Source: Macrostomum hystrix
Lineage: Eukaryota > Animalia > Platyhelminthes
Assembly: GCA_950097015.1 (NCBI GenBank)
Contig: CATNEN010000027.1
Coordinates: 186,001-250,000 of the forward strand
Length of the DNA stretch: 64,000 nt
Direction of reading: 5' to 3'
Part shown: in pieces, positions 35,723 to 49,470 of the stretch
Position numbering within the stretch: the first letter of the stretch is position 1
Layout: the number at the start of each line of letters is the position of its first letter
Made by a program: the position numbers and the translations under genes
The notes under the pieces: model-generated
The model's input: only the letters and a program-made list of their open reading frames with translations
What the model was told of the DNA's origin: nothing
Databases searched by the model: none

Positions 35723-36387
35723 GATAGTCCTTGAGTTGGAAAGATTCTGTAACTAGCAATAATACCATTGACTTAGCTGCAGGTTTGGTGCGTCCGACAG
35801 GCGGACACCAATGCCATAACCAATTTTCGAAAGCGGATCTCCTGCATACTACTCCTTCTGGATAGAGTAGTCTGGATAGTAAATTTCTCTACAATTTCGT
35901 GGAACGGGCTGAGGTGAGACGCCCACACAAACCTTCAATATCTGGCAGCAGGCTGAGCAGTTTTTAACAAACTCGTTTTTGGGGACTACAGTTGAGACCT
36001 GAATTTGGGACAAATTGAAGGGGCCCAGGCGGCGGTTGTGGCTGAAGGTGGGGTCGCCAAATTTACTGTTTTTTTGGTTGGCCGAAATTGCCATTAGTTC
36101 TTTTAGCATTGGCCCCGATTCTAGCCACCAATTCTGGTTCGTCACCGGGCGCAGAAATCTTCTCTCTCTTTTTCAGCGTATTTCTTTCATATGTTGAAAT
36201 AAATTCGACTTTAACTAGCAAGGATTTTCTTCATAAAAAGAAGACAGAATTATTGAGAGGTACAGCTGGAACGAATCGTTTCCCGGAAAAACGTTGCGTT
36301 TCGGCAGCGCGAGCGACAGAAAGACTGAGCCATTGTCACCTGACTGGCAGTATCACAATCCAAGGTGAGCTGGTAAACAACTAGAGC

Positions 36388-36830
36388 TTAACTGCCTGTG
36401 TGACGGCCTGTGTGACTGCATGTGTGACTGCCTGTGTGACTGCCTTTGTGACTGCCTGTGTGACTGCCTGTGTGACTGCCTGTGTGCCTGCCTGTGTGAC
36501 TGCCTGTGTGACTGCCTGTGTGACTGCATGTGTGACTGCCTGTGTGACTGCCTGTGTGACTGCCTGTGTGACTGTCTGTGTGACTGCCTGTGTGACTGCC
36601 TGTGTGACTGCCTGTGTGACTGCCTGTGTGACTGCCTGTGTGACTGCCTGTGTGACTGTGTGAATGCCTGTGTGACGGCCTGTGTGCCTGCCTGTGTGAC
36701 TGCCTGTGTGACTGCCTGTGTGACTGCCTGTGTGACTGCCTGTGTGACTGCCTGTGTGACTGCCTGTGTGACTGCCTGTGTGAATGCCTGTGTGACTGCC
36801 TGTGTGCCTGCCTGTGTGACTGCTTTTACG
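36388..36830. repeat. 12-bp minisatellite (ACTGCCTGTGTG)n
   Basis: About 36 units. Confidence 0.95.
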
Positions 36831-37257
36831 CAGTGACATAGTCAGTCGCCAATTAATTGTTAGTTTCTTTTGAATCAAAGCTTTTGTTGTGGAATCATAA
36901 ATTGGATCAATGTGACTGTTTCAAAGGATTACTCAGTGCTATTGTGTGGGCCTAGGCAGTTAATGAAATGTATTTCCTTATTACTTCACACCCTTAAATT
37001 TTCATTATGCCCCTTCACACTCCAAGTGGCAATTTTTTTCTCTAAAAAAACTGCTTGCAAATTTATGCTTTCGCTCGTAAATTAAACTAACAACGCGGCT
37101 GCTTCCATGGGCTAAGATAGGATAGCACAAAACTGTTTCAAAAACAGCGCATTTCCATATTTTCGCAGTCAACCCGTTAATTCTTAAAATAATTAAATTA
37201 ATGCCTGCTTAAAATGCAACATCATTGCACAACGGAGCCTTCATGAAGAAGATTTTC

Positions 37258-37840
37258 TACAACCAACCAGACACCCAACCAGACACCCTACAAGACACCC
37301 TACCAGACACACTACCAGACACCCTACCAGACACCCAACCAGACACCCTACCAGACACCCTACCAGACACCCAACCAGACACCCTACAAGACACCCTACA
37401 AGACACCCTACCAGACACCCAACCAGACACCCTACAAGACACCCTACAAGACACCCAACCAGACACCCTACCAGACACCCTACAAGACACCCAACCAGAC
37501 ACCCTACCAGACACCCTACCAGACACCCTACAAGACACCCACTAGACACCCAACCAGACACCCTACCAGACACCCTACCAGACATCCAATCAGACACCAT
37601 ACCAGACACCCTACCAGAAACCCAATCAGACACCCTACAAGACACCCACTAGACACCCAACCAGGCACCCGACCAGACACCCTACCAGACACCCTATCAT
37701 ACACCCAACCAGACACCCTACCAGACACCCTACCAGACACCCTATCAGACACCCAACCAGACACCCTACCAGACACCCTACCAGACACCCTATCAGACAC
37801 CCAACCAGACACCCTACCAGACACCCAACCACACCCAACT
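37258..37840. repeat. 12-bp minisatellite (AGACACCCTACC)n
   Basis: About 48 units. Confidence 0.95.
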
Positions 37841-38427
37841 AGACGTTATGGCTTAGCAAGAGAATCGATTTATGATTGCTAAGCCATATTCGAATCATGA
37901 AATATTTCTGTCTGCTAAACTTGGTTTAGAGCTAAGTGGACCCCAAGAACCGCAGGAAAAAGCTACATAAATTTCATTTCGTATTTTTCATTCAGACATC
38001 GTACACAAAGTGGCCGTTGAAAACCACTTTTTGATATCCCACTGGAGATGAAATAAATAAAAAAGTTGCGTTACTATTAGAAAGGTATTGATTAGCCCCA
38101 GGGGGATATTAGGAGGGTCATAAATTTCAATATTCTTTTTAAACTAATCCGCCTTTTCATTCTCAGGGGAAATGGGAACTGGGCTGCCGTTATAGGATAT
38201 TTCTCCCATTAGTGCAGCCATTCACATTTGTCCTGCTTCGTGCAATTTTCCCCCTAAGCTGGTTGGTGTTTGACTGATGAAAATCTACCTAATTAATTTT
38301 TGTCTGAACAAAATGCCTTCCAATAGGGTCAATTTCACATCTCTCGGGTTGTAATGCCTTCGTTTAGTTTGATTGTCCTTATCTCAAATTTTGAAAAGGA
38401 CTGTTAGAGACAGGAAATATCAAATGC

Positions 38428-41400
38428 CGCTTGTTCGATACCAAACTGCAGCTTGTTCGATACCAAACTGCAGCTTGTTCGATACCAAACTGCAGTTGCT
38501 TCGATACCAAACTGTAGCTTGTTCGATACCAAACTGTAGCTTGTTCGATACCAAACTGCAGTTGCTTCGATACCAAACTGCAGCTTGTTCGATACCAAAC
38601 TGCAGTTGCTTCGATACCAAACTGCAGCTAGTTCGATACCAAACTGCAGCTAGTTCGATACCAAACTGCAGCTTGTTCGATACCAAACTGCAGCTAGTTC
38701 GATACCAAACTGCAGCTAGTTCGATACCAAACTGTAGCTAGTTCGATACCAAACTGTAGCTTGTTCGATACCAAACTGCAGTTGCTTCGATACCAAACTG
38801 CAGCTAGTTCGATACCAAACTGCAGCTTGTTCGATACCAAACTGCAGCTTGTTCGATACCAAACTGCAATTGCTTCGATACCAAACTGCAGCTTGTTCGA
38901 TACCAAACTGCAGCTTGTTCGATACCAAACTGCAATTGCTTCGATACCAAACTGCAGCTTGTTCGATAAAAAACTGTAGCTTGTTCGATACCAAACAGCA
39001 GTTGCTTCGATACCAAACTGCAGCTTGTTCGATACCAAACTGCAGCTTGTTCGATACCAAACTGCAGCTTGTTCGATACCAAACTGCAATTGCTTCGATA
39101 CCAAACTGCAGCTTGTTCGATAAAAAACTGTAGCTTGTTCGATACCAAACAGCAGTTGCTTCGATACCAAACTGCAGCTTGTTCGATACCAAACTGCAGC
39201 TAGTTCGATACCAAACTGCAGCTAGTTCGATACCAAACTGCAGCTAGTTCGATACCAAACTGCAGCTAGTTCGATACCAAACTGTAGCTAGTTCGATACC
39301 AAACTGTAGCTTGTTCGATACCAAACTGCAGTTGCTTCGATACCAAACTGTAGTTTGTTCGATACCAAACTGTAGCTTGTTCGATACCAAACTGTAGCTT
39401 GTTCGATACCAAACTGCAGCTAGTTCGATACCAAACTGCAGCTTGTTCGATACCAAACTGCAGCTTGTTCGATACCAAACTGCAGCTAGTTCGATACCAA
39501 ACTGCAGCTAGTTCGATACCAAACTGTAGCTAGTTCGATACCAAACTGTAGCTTGTTCGATACCAAACTGCAGTTGCTTCGATACCAAACTGTAGCTTGT
39601 TCGATACCAAACTGTAGCTTGTTCGATACCAAACTGTAGCTTGTTCGATACCAAACTGTAGCTAGTTCGATACCAAACTGCAGCTTGTTCGATACCAAAC
39701 TGCAGCTAGTTCGATACCAAACTGTAGCTTGTTCGATACCAAACTGTAGCTAGTTCGATACCAAACTGTAGCTTGTTCGATACCAAACTGCAGTTGCTTC
39801 GATACCAAACTGCAGCTAGTTCGATACCAAACTGCAGCTTGTTCGATACCAAACTGCAGCTTGTTCGATACCAAACTGCAATTGCTTCGATACCAAACTG
39901 CAGCTTGTTCGATACCAAACTGCAGCTTGTTCGATACCAAACTGCAATTGCTTCGATACCAAACTGCAGCTTGTTCGATAAAAAACTGTAGCTTGTTCGA
40001 TACCAAACTGCAGTTGCTTCGATACCAAACTGCAGCTTGTTCGATACCAAACTGCAGCTTGTTCGATACCAAACTGCAGCTTGTTCGATACCAAACTGCA
40101 GCTTGTTCGATACCAAACTGCAGCTTGTTCGATACCAAACTGTAGCTTGTTCGATACCAAACAGCAGTTGCTTCGATACCAAACTGCAGCTTGTTCGATA
40201 CCAAACTGCAGCTTGTTCGATACCAAACTGCAGCTTGTTCGATAAAAAACTGTAGCTAGTTCGATACCAAACTGTAGCTTGTTCGATACCAAACTGCAGC
40301 TAGTTCGATACCAAACTGCAGCTAGTTCGATACCAAACTGCAGCTAGTTCGATACCAAACTGCAGCTAGTTCGATACCAAACTGTAGCTAGTTCGATACC
40401 AAACTGCAGCTTGTTCGATACCAAACTGCAGTTGCTTCGATACCAAACTGTAGTTTGTTCGATACCAAACTGTAGCTTGTTCGATACCAAACTGTAGCTT
40501 GTTCGATACCAAACTGCAGCTAGTTCGATACCAAACTGCAGCTTGTTCGATACCAAACTGCAGCTTGTTCGATACCAAACTGCAGCTAGTTCGATACCAA
40601 ACTGCAGCTAGTTCGATACCAAACTGTAGCTAGTTCGATACCAAACTGTAGCTTGTTCGATACCAAACTGCAGTTGCTTCGATACCAAACTGTAGTTTGT
40701 TCGATACCAAACTGTAGCTTGTTCGATTCCAAACTGTAGCTTGTTCGATACCAAACTGCAGCTAGTTCGATACCAAACTGCAGCTTGTTCGATACCAAAC
40801 TGCAGCTTGTTCGATACCAAACTGCAGCTAGTTCGATACCAAACTGCAGCTAGTTCGATACCAAACTGTAGCTAGTTCGATACCAAACTGTAGCTTGTTC
40901 GATACCAAACTGCAGTTGCTTCGATACCAAACTGTAGCTTGTTCGATACCAAACTGTAGCTTGTTCGATACCAAACTGTAGCTTGTTCGATACCAAACTG
41001 TAGCTAGTTCGATACCAAACTGCAGCTTGTTCGATACCAAACTGCAGCTAGTTCGATACCAAACTGTAGCTTGTTCGATACCAAACTGTAGCTTGTTCGA
41101 TACCAAACTGTAGCTTGTTCGATACCAAACTGTAGCTTGTTCGATACCAAACTGCAGCTAGTTCGATACCAAACTGTAGCTTGTTCGATACCAAACTGTA
41201 GCTTGTTCGATACCAAACTGCAGCTAGTTCGATACCAAACTGTAGCTTGTTCGATACCAAACTGTAGCTTGTTCGATACCAAACTGTAGCTTGTTCGATA
41301 CCAAACTGTAGCTTGTTCGATACCAAACTGTAGCTTGTTCGATACCAAACTGTAGCTTGTTCGATACCAAACTGTAGCTTGTTCGATACCAAACTGTAGC

Positions 41401-41492
41401 TTGTTCGATACCAAACTGTAGCTTGTTCGATACCAAACTGCAGTTGCTTCGATACCAAACTGCAGCTTGTTCGGTACCAAACTGCAGCTAGT
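38428..41492. repeat. 22-bp satellite (GCTTGTTCGATACCAAACTGCA)n with higher-order structure
   Basis: About 139 units; variant blocks recur at offsets of 242, 1012 and 1100 bp. Confidence 0.97.
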
Positions 41493-41845
41493 ATTTCGAA
41501 GTCCGTGCTTCAAGCCCACAGATTACCAAATTAGCTGAAGGTTGAGCACTCCTATCTGAGCAGATGTTTTATAAAACTCAGTTGATATTTTAGCTAAAAT
41601 CTTTTCTCCTGGCGATAATTAGAAACACAATGTGGAAGCGCAGCTGACAGTTGCCATGCAGTGGGTCGCAGGGTGGGCGGTTGGAGGCTAAACTGCCTAG
41701 CTGTCCTAGTTTCCAGCTCCGCATGCAGCGAACCGAATACATTTGAGTAGCTGCCCCAACAAAATAGGATTGAAATCCTCGAATTACACGCATTTAGGGG
41801 TTCGTTTTTAAAAAACAACTACTCACTCACAAAAAATTGTCAGGC

Positions 41846-41995
41846 ATGCTGAGCACGACAGCGAACTCCGATCTGCTCAAGGACAATTGTTGCTCATCCT
41901 GCAGTTTGGACAGTCAGACAGAACCGATGGGGGGTCGGCTACAGGTGCATAAGAAACGCAGAATTAAAACATCCGACCCGGCCCTGCAAAGTCAG

Positions 41996-42048
<53 letters not shown>

Positions 42049-45000
42049 CACATGCGAATGCACGGTATGCGGTGACAAAGCACTTGGCTACAACTTTGAT
42101 GCAATCACGTGCGAGTCCTGCAAAGCCTTCTTCCGGCGTAACGCATTGAAGAGCAAGGTAAGGTATCACTTTTGAGTTCAATTTACTCAATTGTCTCATT
42201 GCCAAATTCACTAAATCGCTTTCACACTAATATTCAGATTCAAAAGTGCAACTTTGACTCCAGCTGCAGCATCACCGTGATCACTCGCAAATTCTGCCCA
42301 GCCTGCAGACTGGCGAAGTGCTTGAAAGCGGGCATGAAGAAGGAGTGGATCCTCAGTGAGTGCCTGCGGATTTGCCTTCACTGCTCACTCCAGCGTTGAG
42401 CACGGTTTTCATTGGTCATAAATAATGACTTAAAATAGTCATTGAGCTAGATTATCAATGGTCATAGGGCTAGATTATCAATGGTCATAGGGCTAGATTA
42501 TCAATGGTCATAAAGCTAGATTATCAATGGTCATAGGGCTAGATTATCAATGGTCATAGGGCTAGATTATCAATGGTCATAGGGCTAGATTATCAATGGT
42601 CATAAAGCTAGATTATCAATGGTCATAGGGCTAGATTATCAATGGTCATAAAGCTAGATAATCAATAGTCATAGAGCTAGATTATCAATGGTCATATAGC
42701 AAGATTATCAATGGTCATAGAGCTATATTATCAATGGTCATATAGCAAGATTATCAATGGTCATAGAGCTAGATTATCAATGGTCATAGAGTTAGACTAT
42801 AAATGGTCATAGAGAGCTAGATTATCAATGGTCATAGAGCTAGATTATCAATGGTCATAGAGCTAGACTATAAATGGTCATAGAGCTAGATTATCAATGG
42901 TCATAGAGCTAGATTATCAATGACCATAGAGCTAGATTATCAATGACCATAGAGCTAGACTATAATGGTCATAGAGCTAGATTATCAATGGTCATAGAGC
43001 TAGATAATCAATGGTCATAGAGCTAGATAATCAATGATCATAGAGCTACATTATCAATGGTCATAGAGCTAGATTATCAATGGCCATAGAGCTAGATTAT
43101 CAATGGCCATTACTTGCCAAACCCATCATTGTTCAGATGCGACACAGCTGCAGATGAGACGACAGAAGACACTAGAGAATAGACGTGTTCGTTTGTCACA
43201 GCATTGGCAAGGTCATGAAGAGCAACAGCAACAGCATCAGCAGCAGCCGCCGCAGCACCAGCCGCAGATGGAAGAGCCAGTGACTGTCCTGCAGCTTCTA
43301 AGTGATTCGGATCAGGACGAGACAGCAATGGGCGACCACGCCTGGTCTCAATATCGGCGACTGTCCGGCACCTCCTTGGCGCTGATTAACCACATCCAGG
43401 CCGCGCTAAATGACGAGGTAAACTGTCTGGAGAGCGGCGAGTCCGAGGACATTGTCAGCCGGCTGAGCGCGTCGGGTGGCGGCTTGGCCGCCGCTGAGAC
43501 GCCCTTCATTGTCACCCTGTCATTTGTCAAAAGATTTATTCGATTTGTCAAGCGGCTGCCGGAATTCTCGCTAATCAGCCGGCGAGATATTGGAAGCCTC
43601 ATTAAGGTGAGCGCGAGGTGAAAGAAGAACTGACTCGTCTGTCTCTAATAATCTCACAGTCTGTCTCTGATAATCTCACAGTCTGTCTCTAATAATCTCA
43701 CAGTCTGCCTCTGACAATCTCAAAGTCTGTCTCTGATAATCTCACAGTCTGTCTCTGATAATCTCACAGTCTGTCTCTAATAATCTCACAGTCTGTCTCT
43801 GATAATCTCACAGTCTGCCTCTGACAATCTCACAGTCTGTCTCTAATAATCTCACAGTCTGTCTCTGATAATCTCACAGTCTGCCTCTGACAATCTCAAA
43901 GTCTGTCTCTGATCATCTCACAGTCTGTCTCTGATAATCTCACAGTCTGTCTCTGATAATCTCACAGCCCGTCTCTAATAATCTCACAGTCTGTCTCTGA
44001 TAATCTCACAGTCTGCCTCTGACAATCTCAAAGTCTGTCTCTGATAATCTCACAGTCTGTCTCTGATAATCTCACAGTCTGTCTCTGATAATCTCACAGT
44101 CTGTCTCTGATAATCTCACAGTCTGTCTCTGATAATCTCACAGTCTGTCTCTAATAATCTCACAGTCTGTCTCTAATAATCTCACAGTCTGTCTCTAATA
44201 ATCTCACAGTCTGTCTCTAATAATCTCACAGCCCGTCTCTAATAATCTCACAGTCTGTCTCTGATAATCTCACAGTCTGTCTCTGATAATCTCACAGTCT
44301 GTCTCTAATAGTCTCACAGTCTGTCTCTGATAATCTCACAGTCTGTATCTAATAATCTCACAGTCTGTCTCTAATAATCTCACAGCCCGTCTCTAATAAT
44401 CTCACAGTCTGTCTCTGATAATCTCACAGTCTGTCTCTGATAATCTCACAGTCTGTCTCTAATAGTCTCACAGTCTGTCTCTGATAATCTCACAGTCTGT
44501 CTCTGATAATCTCACAGTCTGTCTCTAATAGTCTCACAGTCTGTCTCTGATAATCTCACAGTCTGTCTCTGACAATCTCAAAGTCTGTCTCTGACAATCT
44601 CAAAGTCTGTCTCTGATAATCTCACAGTCTGTCTCTGATAATCTCACAGTCTGTCTCTGATAATCTCACAGTCTGTCTCTGATAATCTCACAGTCTGCCT
44701 CTAATAATCTCACAGCCCGTCTCTGATAATCTCACAGTCTGTCTCTGATAATCTCACAGTCTGCCTCTGATAATCTCACAGTCTGTCTCTGATAATCTCA
44801 CAGTCTGTCTCTGATAATCTCACAGTCTGTCTCTGATAATCTCACAGTCTGCCTCTAATAATCTCACAGCCCGTCTCTAATAATCTCACAGCCCGTCTCT
44901 TATAATCTCACAGTCTGTCTCTGATAATCTCACAGTCTGTCTCTGATAATCTCACAGTCTGTCTCTGATAATCTCACAGTCTGCCTCTGATAATCTCACA

Positions 45001-48000
45001 GCCCGTCTCTAATAATCTCACAGTCTGTCTCTGATAATCTCACAGTCTGTCTCTGATAATCTCACAGTCTGTCTCTGATAATCTCACAGTCTGTCTCTGA
45101 TAATCTCACAGTCTGTCTCTGATAATCTCACAGTCTGTCTCTAATAATCTCACAGCCCGTCTCTAATAATCTCACCCGTCTGTCTCTGATAATCTCACAG
45201 TCTGTCTCTGATAATCTCACAGTCTGTCTCTGATAATCTCACAGTCTGTCTCTGATAATCTCACAGTCTGCCTCTGATAATCTCACAGTCTGTCTCTGAT
45301 AATCTCACAGTCTGTCTCTGATAATCTCACAGTCTGTCTCTGATAATCTCACAGTCTGTCTCTACTAATCTCACAGTCTGTTTCTGATAATCTCACAGTC
45401 TGTCTCTGATAATCTCACAGTCTGTCTCTGATAATCTCACAGTCTGTCTCTGACAATCTCACAGTCTGTCTCTAATAATCTCAGTCTGTCTTTAATAATC
45501 TCACAGTCTGTCTCTGACAATCTCAAAGTCTGTCTCAAATAATCTCACAGTCTGTCTCTAATAATCTCAGTCTGTCCTTAATAATCTCAATTTTGATCAT
45601 ATAGTCTCAAATAGCCTCTATAGTCTCAAATGTCTCACTAGACTCAAATAGTCTCACTGTCGATCATTAATAATCACACTGTCAAATTCCCATCGTCAAT
45701 TTCCTACATTCTAGGAAAGTTTCAATAGATTTAATTTTGAAAAGCTATGCTAATTTGGCCTCAAATAAAATTGGTAAATATGTTTTGTTGCGAAAAAAAA
45801 TTCCACAATGTTCTTGAAAAGACTTGGCATTAGACTGCCTGGTGGACTGCTGTGCTAGAAAAACTCGCTTGGCAGTAGATTCATTTTCGCATAGTTACAG
45901 GCGAAGGCATTTCTATATGACAATTGCGCAAGCATCGTTTGTGATTTCCTTGAACGCAGAAACAATTTCATATGCCCACGCTTTTGTTGAAACAAAATCA
46001 ACTGCGCAACTTTTGAAGCTCTTGAAAGTACTTTTGTTAGTCCGGGAATCGGGCTGCACACACACAGGGCCGTCTAGGAGACAACTCGATAGTCTCACTG
46101 TCTACTTTCACTTTTCTCATTGAAATGTCTGTCTCTAATAATCTCACAGTCTGTCTCTGATAATCTCACAGTCTGTATCTAATAATCTCACAGTCTGTCT
46201 CTGATAATCTCACAGTCTGTCTCTAATAATCTCACAGCCCGTCTCTAATAATCTCACAGTCTGTCTCTGATAATCTCTCATTGATGTTCTGCGCCCGCTC
46301 AGCTGTCCTACCCTGTTAGGGAACTGCTGACAACTTCACTGACACCCACTGCCTCTCACTGACACCACTGCCTCTCACTGACACACCCACTGCCTCTCAC
46401 TGACACACCCATTGCCTCTCACTGACACCACTGCCTCTCACTGACACACCCACAGCCCCTCACTGACACCCACAGCCTCTCACTGACACCCACTGCCTCT
46501 CACTGACACCCACAGCCTCTCACTGACACCCACAGCCTCTCACTGACACCCACAGCCTCTCACTGACACCCACTGCCTCTCACTGACACCCACAGCCTCT
46601 CACTGACACCCACTGCCTCTCACTGACACCCACAGCCTCTCACTGACACCCACAGCCTCTCACTGACACCCACAGCCTCTCACTGACACCCACTGCCTCT
46701 CACTGACACCCACAGCCTCTCACTGACACCCACTGCCTCTCACTGACACCCACAGCCTCTCACTGACACCCACAGCCTCTCACTGACACCAACTGCCTCT
46801 CACTGACACCAACTGCCTCTCACTGACACCCACAGCCTCTCACTGACACCCACTGCCTCTCACTGACACCCACTGCCTCTCACTGACACCCACTGCCTCT
46901 CACTGACACCCACTGCCTCTCACTGACACCCACTGCCTCTCACTGACACCCACTGCCTCTCACTGACACCACTGCCTCTCACTGACACCCACTGCCTCTC
47001 ACTGACACCCACTGCCTCTCACTGACACCCACTGCCCCCAGAATTCCTCTAGCATCGCATCGACAACCAGTTTAAACAGTTCGGAGAAACGCTGGCTGAA
47101 ATGGCAAACTATAAATAAATAGCGATAAGAGAGACAAAGCCGGAGGCACGAGAGGTTTCCCGGAAAAGAGCTCGCCCGGACTGAAACGGGCCGCGCTGTA
47201 GCCTGGATTCCGGACCCCAAGTCATCCCTACCTTACTCGTTTCGTAGGCCCCTTCCCGAAGCACCCCTAGCGAACCCGGAGACGCAGAATTTTTCCCATT
47301 GTCCCAGTTGCTGACCGCCCGGGCACTTCTGCTTGGCTTTCCTATCATCAGAGGACTGTAGGTGGGGTTGGCGTCACCACTGAGCAACTCGCTTATGCAG
47401 CTGATTCAGCCGGGGCTGGACCTCGATGGGGGCCAAATGTTTTTTCTTGAACTTCTGCTACAATGCAAGCTAAGCCAGTTAGCACTAAACATTAGCGATG
47501 CTGCATTATTACCTGAAACTTCATTTGCTAGCGGGCTATTCTTTGGACTGACAAAATCACATGCTACTTACTGATAGAATATTTTGATACCCAGTGTGAG
47601 ACTTCTTTGGGATAAAACGAAAAAAGAGTATGGTAAAATAAATTATCAATAGCCGAAAATAGAAATCCTCAAACAGGCAACCCAAAACTGGCAACCCAAA
47701 ACTGGCAACCCAAAACTGGCAACCCAAAACTGGCAACCCAAAGCAGGCAACCCAAAACAGGCACCCCAAAACAGGCAACCCAAAACAGGCACCCCAAAAC
47801 AGGCACCCCAAAACAGGCACCCCAAAACAGGCACCCCAAAACAGGCACCCCAAAACAGGCACCCCAAAACAGGCAACCCAAAACAGGCAACCCAAAACAG
47901 GCAACCCAAAACAGGCACCCCAAAACAGGCACCCCAAAACAGGCACCCCAAAACAGGCACCCCAAAACAGGCACCCCAAAACAGGCACCCCAAAACAGGC

Positions 48001-48877
48001 AACCCAAAACAGGCAACCCAAAACAGGCAACCAAAAACAGGCAACAAAAAACAGGCACCCCAAAACAGGCACCTCAAAACAGGCAACCCAAAATAGGCAC
48101 CTCAAAACAGGCACCTTAAAACAGGCAACCCAAAACAGGCAACCCAAAACAGGCACCTTAAAACAGGCAACCCAAAACAGGCACCCCAAAACAGGCAACC
48201 CAAAACAGGCAACCCAAAACAGGCACCTCAAAACAGGTAACCTAAAACAGGCACCTCAAAACAGGTAACCCAAAACAGGCAACCCAAAGCAGGCAACCGC
48301 CGCCCCACCCGCCCCACAGTGCGGCGCATTCAACTTCATCCTGATGCGGGGCGTGATCATCTACGATTCGTCAAGCGACAGTTTCGCCTTCAGGCAGTCG
48401 GGCAGCGGCAAGCTGCACTCCGTGCCGCTCAGCGCCCTGGCTCAGTCGCTGTCTGGGAGTCCGCTGGGCCAGCAGCTGGTTGCCGACTATCGCGAATTCC
48501 TGCTCCGCTACCATCAGGACAGCAACGGCGACCAGCTGGCCCTGACGCTCCTTCAGCTCGTGGATTTCTACAATCCGGCACGGGCGCAGCTGGAAGACAT
48601 GCAGTGCGTTGACAGCATTCAGCAGGGCTACCTGATGCTGCTGAAGAGGTACACCGATAGTGTCTGGCCGAAGCAGGTGACTCGTGGAGTGTTTTTTAAA
48701 CTGCTGCACCGACTGACTGAATTGGACAGCCTGGCAACGAGATTCAGCAGCCTATGCAACACCGTGGGATTTCGCTACGAAGAATTGAATCCATTGCTGA
48801 CTGCTCTGTTCCAGCGACAGAAGTGCAACTGCTGCCAGTGTTGTCAGGGCGACACCATTAACAAACCAGAAGGTTGA
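41846..48877 (+). CDS. Hr96: Nuclear hormone receptor, NR1J (HR96/DAF-12/NHR-8) type, 4 coding exons, about 485 aa
   Basis: join(41846..42157,42238..42355,43137..43606,48320..48877) is 1458 nt in phase. [32 protein letters not shown] (CESCKA P-box typical of NR1J), [34 protein letters not shown]|[13 protein letters not shown]-2-like LNPLLTALF. An upstream exon is possible. Confidence 0.9.
42445..43110. repeat. 23-bp minisatellite (AGCTAGATTATCAATGGTCATAG)n in nuclear receptor intron 2
   Basis: About 29 units, ending about 26 nt before the acceptor. Confidence 0.95.
43635..46278. repeat. 22-bp minisatellite (TCTCACAGTCTGTCTCTGATAA)n, interrupted by unique DNA at about 45660-46125
   Basis: About 88 units to 45590, resuming at 46128-46278. 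Confidence 0.95.
46335..47037. repeat. 20-bp minisatellite (CTCACTGACACCCACWGCCT)n
   Basis: About 35 units; reverse complement of the array at 48990-49470. Confidence 0.95.
47670..48297. repeat. 14-bp minisatellite (CCCAAAACAGGCAM)n
   Basis: About 44 units, ending about 22 nt before the exon 4 acceptor. Confidence 0.95.
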
Positions 48878-48989
48878 GGCCTACCGTTGAACACGAAACT
48901 TGCTAGAAAAAGCACCTTGCTTTATTTTTACCGTTCGTTCGCTTTACATGCAGTCTAAGCTGATATGGCAACCGTTAGCGTTTGGAGGC

Positions 48990-49470
48990 AGTGCGTGTCA
49001 GTGAGAGGCTGTAGGTGTTAGTGAGAGGCAGTGGGTGTCAGTGAGAGGCTGTGGGTGTCAGTGAGAGGCTGTGGGTGTCAGTGAGAGGCTGTGGGTGTCA
49101 GTGAGAGGCTGTGGGTGTCAGTGAGAGGCAACGGGTGTGTCAGTGAGAGGCAGTGGGTGTCAGTGAGAGGCAGTGGGTGTCAGTGAGAGGCAGTGGGTGT
49201 CATTGAGAGGCAATGGGTGTGTCAGTGAGAGGCTGTGGGTGTCAGCGAGAGGCTGTGGGTGTCAGTGAGAGCTGTGGGTGTCAGTGAGAGGCTGTGGGTG
49301 TCAGTGAGAGGCTGTGGGTGTCAGTGAGAGGCTGTGGGTGTCAGTGAGAGGCTGTGGGTGTCAGTGAGAGGCTGTGGGTGTCAGTGAGAGGCTGTGGGTG
49401 TCAGTGAGAGGCTGTGGGTGTCAGTGAGAGGCTGTGGGTGTCAGTGAGAGGCTGTGGGTGTCAGTGAGAG
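48990..49470. repeat. 20-bp minisatellite (GTCAGTGAGAGGCWGTGGGT)n, inverted copy of 46335-47037
   Basis: About 24 units, starting about 110 nt after the nuclear receptor stop codon. Confidence 0.95.
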
